From assembly GCF_964213995.1 (NCBI RefSeq), contig NC_135805.1, forward strand, positions 140,616,001 to 140,680,000: a stretch of DNA of 64,000 nt, written 5' to 3'. The first letter of the stretch is position 1; every line of letters starts with the position of its first letter. This DNA is from Mustelus asterias (Eukaryota). Shown here piece after piece: positions 61,265 through 64,000 of this stretch. Both the position numbers and the translations under genes were made by a program. Below the pieces are notes generated by a model, which made no database searches, was not told where the DNA came from, and saw only the letters and a list, made by a program, of their open reading frames with translations.

Positions 61265-61411
61265 TCAGGATTTCTTGTCAATGGTGTTGAAAAACCATTC
61301 AGTAAATTTTCTTAACTGCGCCGCAGCAGTCTGGGACTCCTCTTGAAGCCGCAGGTTATCGTGTCGCAGGTGGTGAACCTCAGCCTGGAGCATCGCCTTG
61401 TCTTCCTTTTC
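61265..61411 (-). CDS. SIPA1L2: Last coding exon of signal-induced proliferation-associated 1-like protein 2 (Rap GAP), C-terminal coiled coil
   Basis: Manual translation after the acceptor (..TACTTGTCTGAGTAG|) gives [48 protein letters not shown], matching my recollection of the vertebrate SIPA1L2 C-terminus (..[17 protein letters not shown]). It is not in the ORF track. No other exon was recognised in the window. Confidence 0.92.
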   Translation of the reverse strand, partial: EKEDKAMLQAEVHHLRHDNLRLQEESQTAAAQLRKFTEWFFNTIDKKS

Positions 61412-62039
61412 CTACTCAGACAAGTATTACATGAAAAAAAACAAACTAGGCTGTTAGCTTTGTTGCATTAAATGAGATTTTGCCAGATTAGGTCTTACCC
61501 AATGTGATTTGGTAACATGGGCCAGGATATTTAGGATGGCGGACCTGAAGAGTCAGTGGAGAACGCACTGCCGCCAATACGGGCTGCCCTGCAACCATTT
61601 TATGCTCAAAGGAGCTGTAGTTGACTGGAGGAGGGACTTCTGCCCCTCAGTTGGGAGGAAGTCCTGTCTCAGAGAGCTGCTAGCCAATCTGACTGGTTGG
61701 CAGCTCTCGAATCCGGAAGCTACAGTGAACGGGACTGTGACTACAAGCAGTCCCCAGAATCTGAGCCTAGGGCCAGGTAAGTGTGTGGGTCTCAAGGTTG
61801 TGCGGAGACATGAGGCCTCTGGGGTGGCGGTGAATAGAGTGTAGGTGGGGTTGTTGGTGGAGCGGCTAGGAGGGGAGGGAGCATCTGCATCTAGACCATA
61901 TGGGGTCAATGGGGGTGTCTGATGTTGATGGATATGCCCAAACCTCTCTCCCCTTGAATAAAGACTTAAGATTTTACAAAAAATATTCTATTTTCAAATT
62001 TGTAAAACTTTAGATACACTATATGTGCACAAGTAGCAG

Positions 62040-62790
62040 AGTGTGTGCATGGAGAAAGGTGAGGAGAGTGGGATGTATGAGGAAGTGAAGGAAGGAAGGA
62101 GAGTCAGGGAGGATCGATGGGGGAGCAGAGAGGTGGAGGGCCGAGGGGTACGGAGAGAGGGAGGGTTGAGGGCAATAAGAGTGAGGGAGAGTCAAGTGAA
62201 AACAGAGCAAGAGAGACTCAAGACGGTGCAGAGGGAGGTGCGGTTTAAGAGGGAGAGAACATAGAGGATGATGGAGGTGTGGAGGAACAAGTGAGTATAG
62301 ATGGAGGGACAGGCAGACGGAGGAGGGTAGTGAGGAATAGAAGAGAAACAGGGAGGGATGGAGAGGCTTATGGAGGGAGGAAGGGTGGAGGGGGTATGGA
62401 GGGAGGAAGGGATGGAGAGAGATGCAGAGGAGAAGGTGTGAACAGAGGGAAAGACGAATGGGTGAGGAGGGCAGGAGGATCAAAAAGGATATGGAGGGAG
62501 AGATGGATGAGGGAGTTTTGAGGGATGGATAGATGAGTGGGTTACAGAGGAAGGGGAGGACGAGTAGGTTACAGAGGAAGGGAAGGATGGGGACTTGGTT
62601 GCGGAGGGATAGAGCGTCAAGGGGTTTTGGAGGGTGGGAGGGTAAGACATGTGAGGGAGTCACATGGGAGCAGAGGCAGGAGGGATGAGAGGCATGGAGG
62701 AAGAGACAGAGTGGAGTATGGAAGGGACTAGTGGGTATTGGTAGGGAAGGTGATGTATAAAGGGAGGATGGGTTTATGAAGGGAAGGGAT
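62040..62790 (+). repeat. Purine-rich (G/A) low-complexity tract in the SIPA1L2 last intron
   Basis: About 750 bp dominated by G and A; mirror-image C/T-rich tracts at about 26790-27240 and 10320-10620. Confidence 0.85.
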
Positions 62791-63129
62791 TATATTTTAA
62801 AACTACTACAACATTTTGCCTGGTGAAAACCATACCTTTCGTAGGTCATCCTGAAGCTGAATGAGAATAGTCTCCAACTGATTCACTTTCCCAGTTATCG
62901 TGTTGGCACTGTTTCCCCTAAATGAAATCAGCAAAAGAAAAAATAATTAGGCACTTCACAAACATTAACTGATCATTCCATCAACAGCATCTTATTTTTA
63001 TGCCATTTTTAATAACATGTCCCAAGGCACTTCACAGGAATACTGTGAAACACAATATGATACTTGAGTCACAAAGAGATAATAGGTCAGATGATCAAAA
63101 ACATAGTCAAGCTATATTTTAAGAATCAT

Positions 63130-63948
63130 CCAACTCCATTTTCAAGTTTGTTGAATGACACCACCCGTTGTGGGTTGGATCTCAAACAATGAAAGAGTAC
63201 AGGAAAGAGATAGAGAATCTGGTGAAATGGTGCCACGACAATAATCTCTCCCTTAATGTCAGCAGGAAGCATAGTGAATGACATGCCCCTACCTATGTCA
63301 ATGGGGATGAAGTGGAAATGATCGAGAGCTTCAAGTTTCTAGGTGTCCAAATCACCTGTCCTGGTCCCTCCACGCCGATGCTATAGTTAAGAAAGCCAAC
63401 CAATGCCTCTACTTTCTCAGGAAGCTAACGGAATTTGGCATATTGCTACGACTCTCATTGATTTTTACAGATGCACTAAAGAAAGCATCCTTTCTGGATT
63501 AGGGTTAGCTTGATATGGCTCCTGCTCTGACCAAGACTGCAAGAAACTACAAAGGGTTGTGAACGAAGCCCAGTCCATCATGCAAATCAGCCTCCCATCC
63601 ACTGACTCCATCTATACTTTCCGCTGCCTTGGAAAAGCAGTCAGCATAATCAAGGATTCCACATGTTCTGGACATACTCTCTTCCACCTTCTTCTGTCAG
63701 GAAAAAGATACAAAAGTTTGAGATCACGTACCACCTGACTCAAGAACAGTTTCTTCCCTGCTGCCATCAATTTATTGAATGGACTTACCTATATTAAGTT
63801 GATCTTTCTCTATACACTAGCTATGACTGTAACACTACATTCTGCACCCTCTCCTTTCCTTCTCCCCTATGTATTCTATGTATGGCATACTTTGTCTGTA
63901 TAGTGCCAGAAACAATACTTTTCACTGTATACCAATACATGTGACATA
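63130..63948 (+). mobile_element. Rex1/Babar LINE 3' fragment
   Basis: LVKWCHDNNLSLNVS, FKFLGVQIT, VKKANQCLYFLRKL, FYRCTKESILSG. Confidence 0.88.
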
Positions 63949-64000
63949 CTTGAAACTTATACGTCTGATGTGCTAAGTGTAATTTTACAAGATGTAAACT

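Noticed and set aside
62019-62663. 214-aa Pro/Leu/Ser/His-rich ORF and overlapping plus-strand ORFs
   Set aside because: By-product of low-complexity purine/pyrimidine sequence lacking stop codons.

Overview
This window is eukaryotic, repeat-dense DNA, most likely from a shark or other cartilaginous fish; that assignment is inferred from the mix of CR1, V-SINE/HE1-like, Deu-SINE, Penelope and Harbinger-type repeats. The only host gene I can support is the last coding exon and 3'UTR of a SIPA1L2 orthologue on the minus strand (about 60.4-61.4 kb). The rest is mostly nested transposons: many CR1 LINE copies, one with both ORFs intact (49.4-53.5 kb); Penelope-like elements (PLEs); decayed Gypsy, Rex1/Babar, RTE and L2 elements; tRNA-SINEs; and Harbinger-like elements carrying spliced Myb/SANT pseudogenes. 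Three signals stand out. (1) In the intact CR1, ORF1 ends on an in-phase U_UUA_AAC slippery heptamer followed by a G-rich tract, and a -1 slip reads without a stop into ORF2, making this a candidate programmed ribosomal frameshift. (2) The PLE terminal repeats hold eight minimal hammerhead ribozyme motifs with compensatory stem changes. (3) Several PLE copies are protein-less fold-back elements with target-site duplications (TSDs), down to a 25-nt insert, and some have templated junction sequence. All family names come from motif recognition by eye, not from database searches, and boundaries of decayed repeats are approximate.
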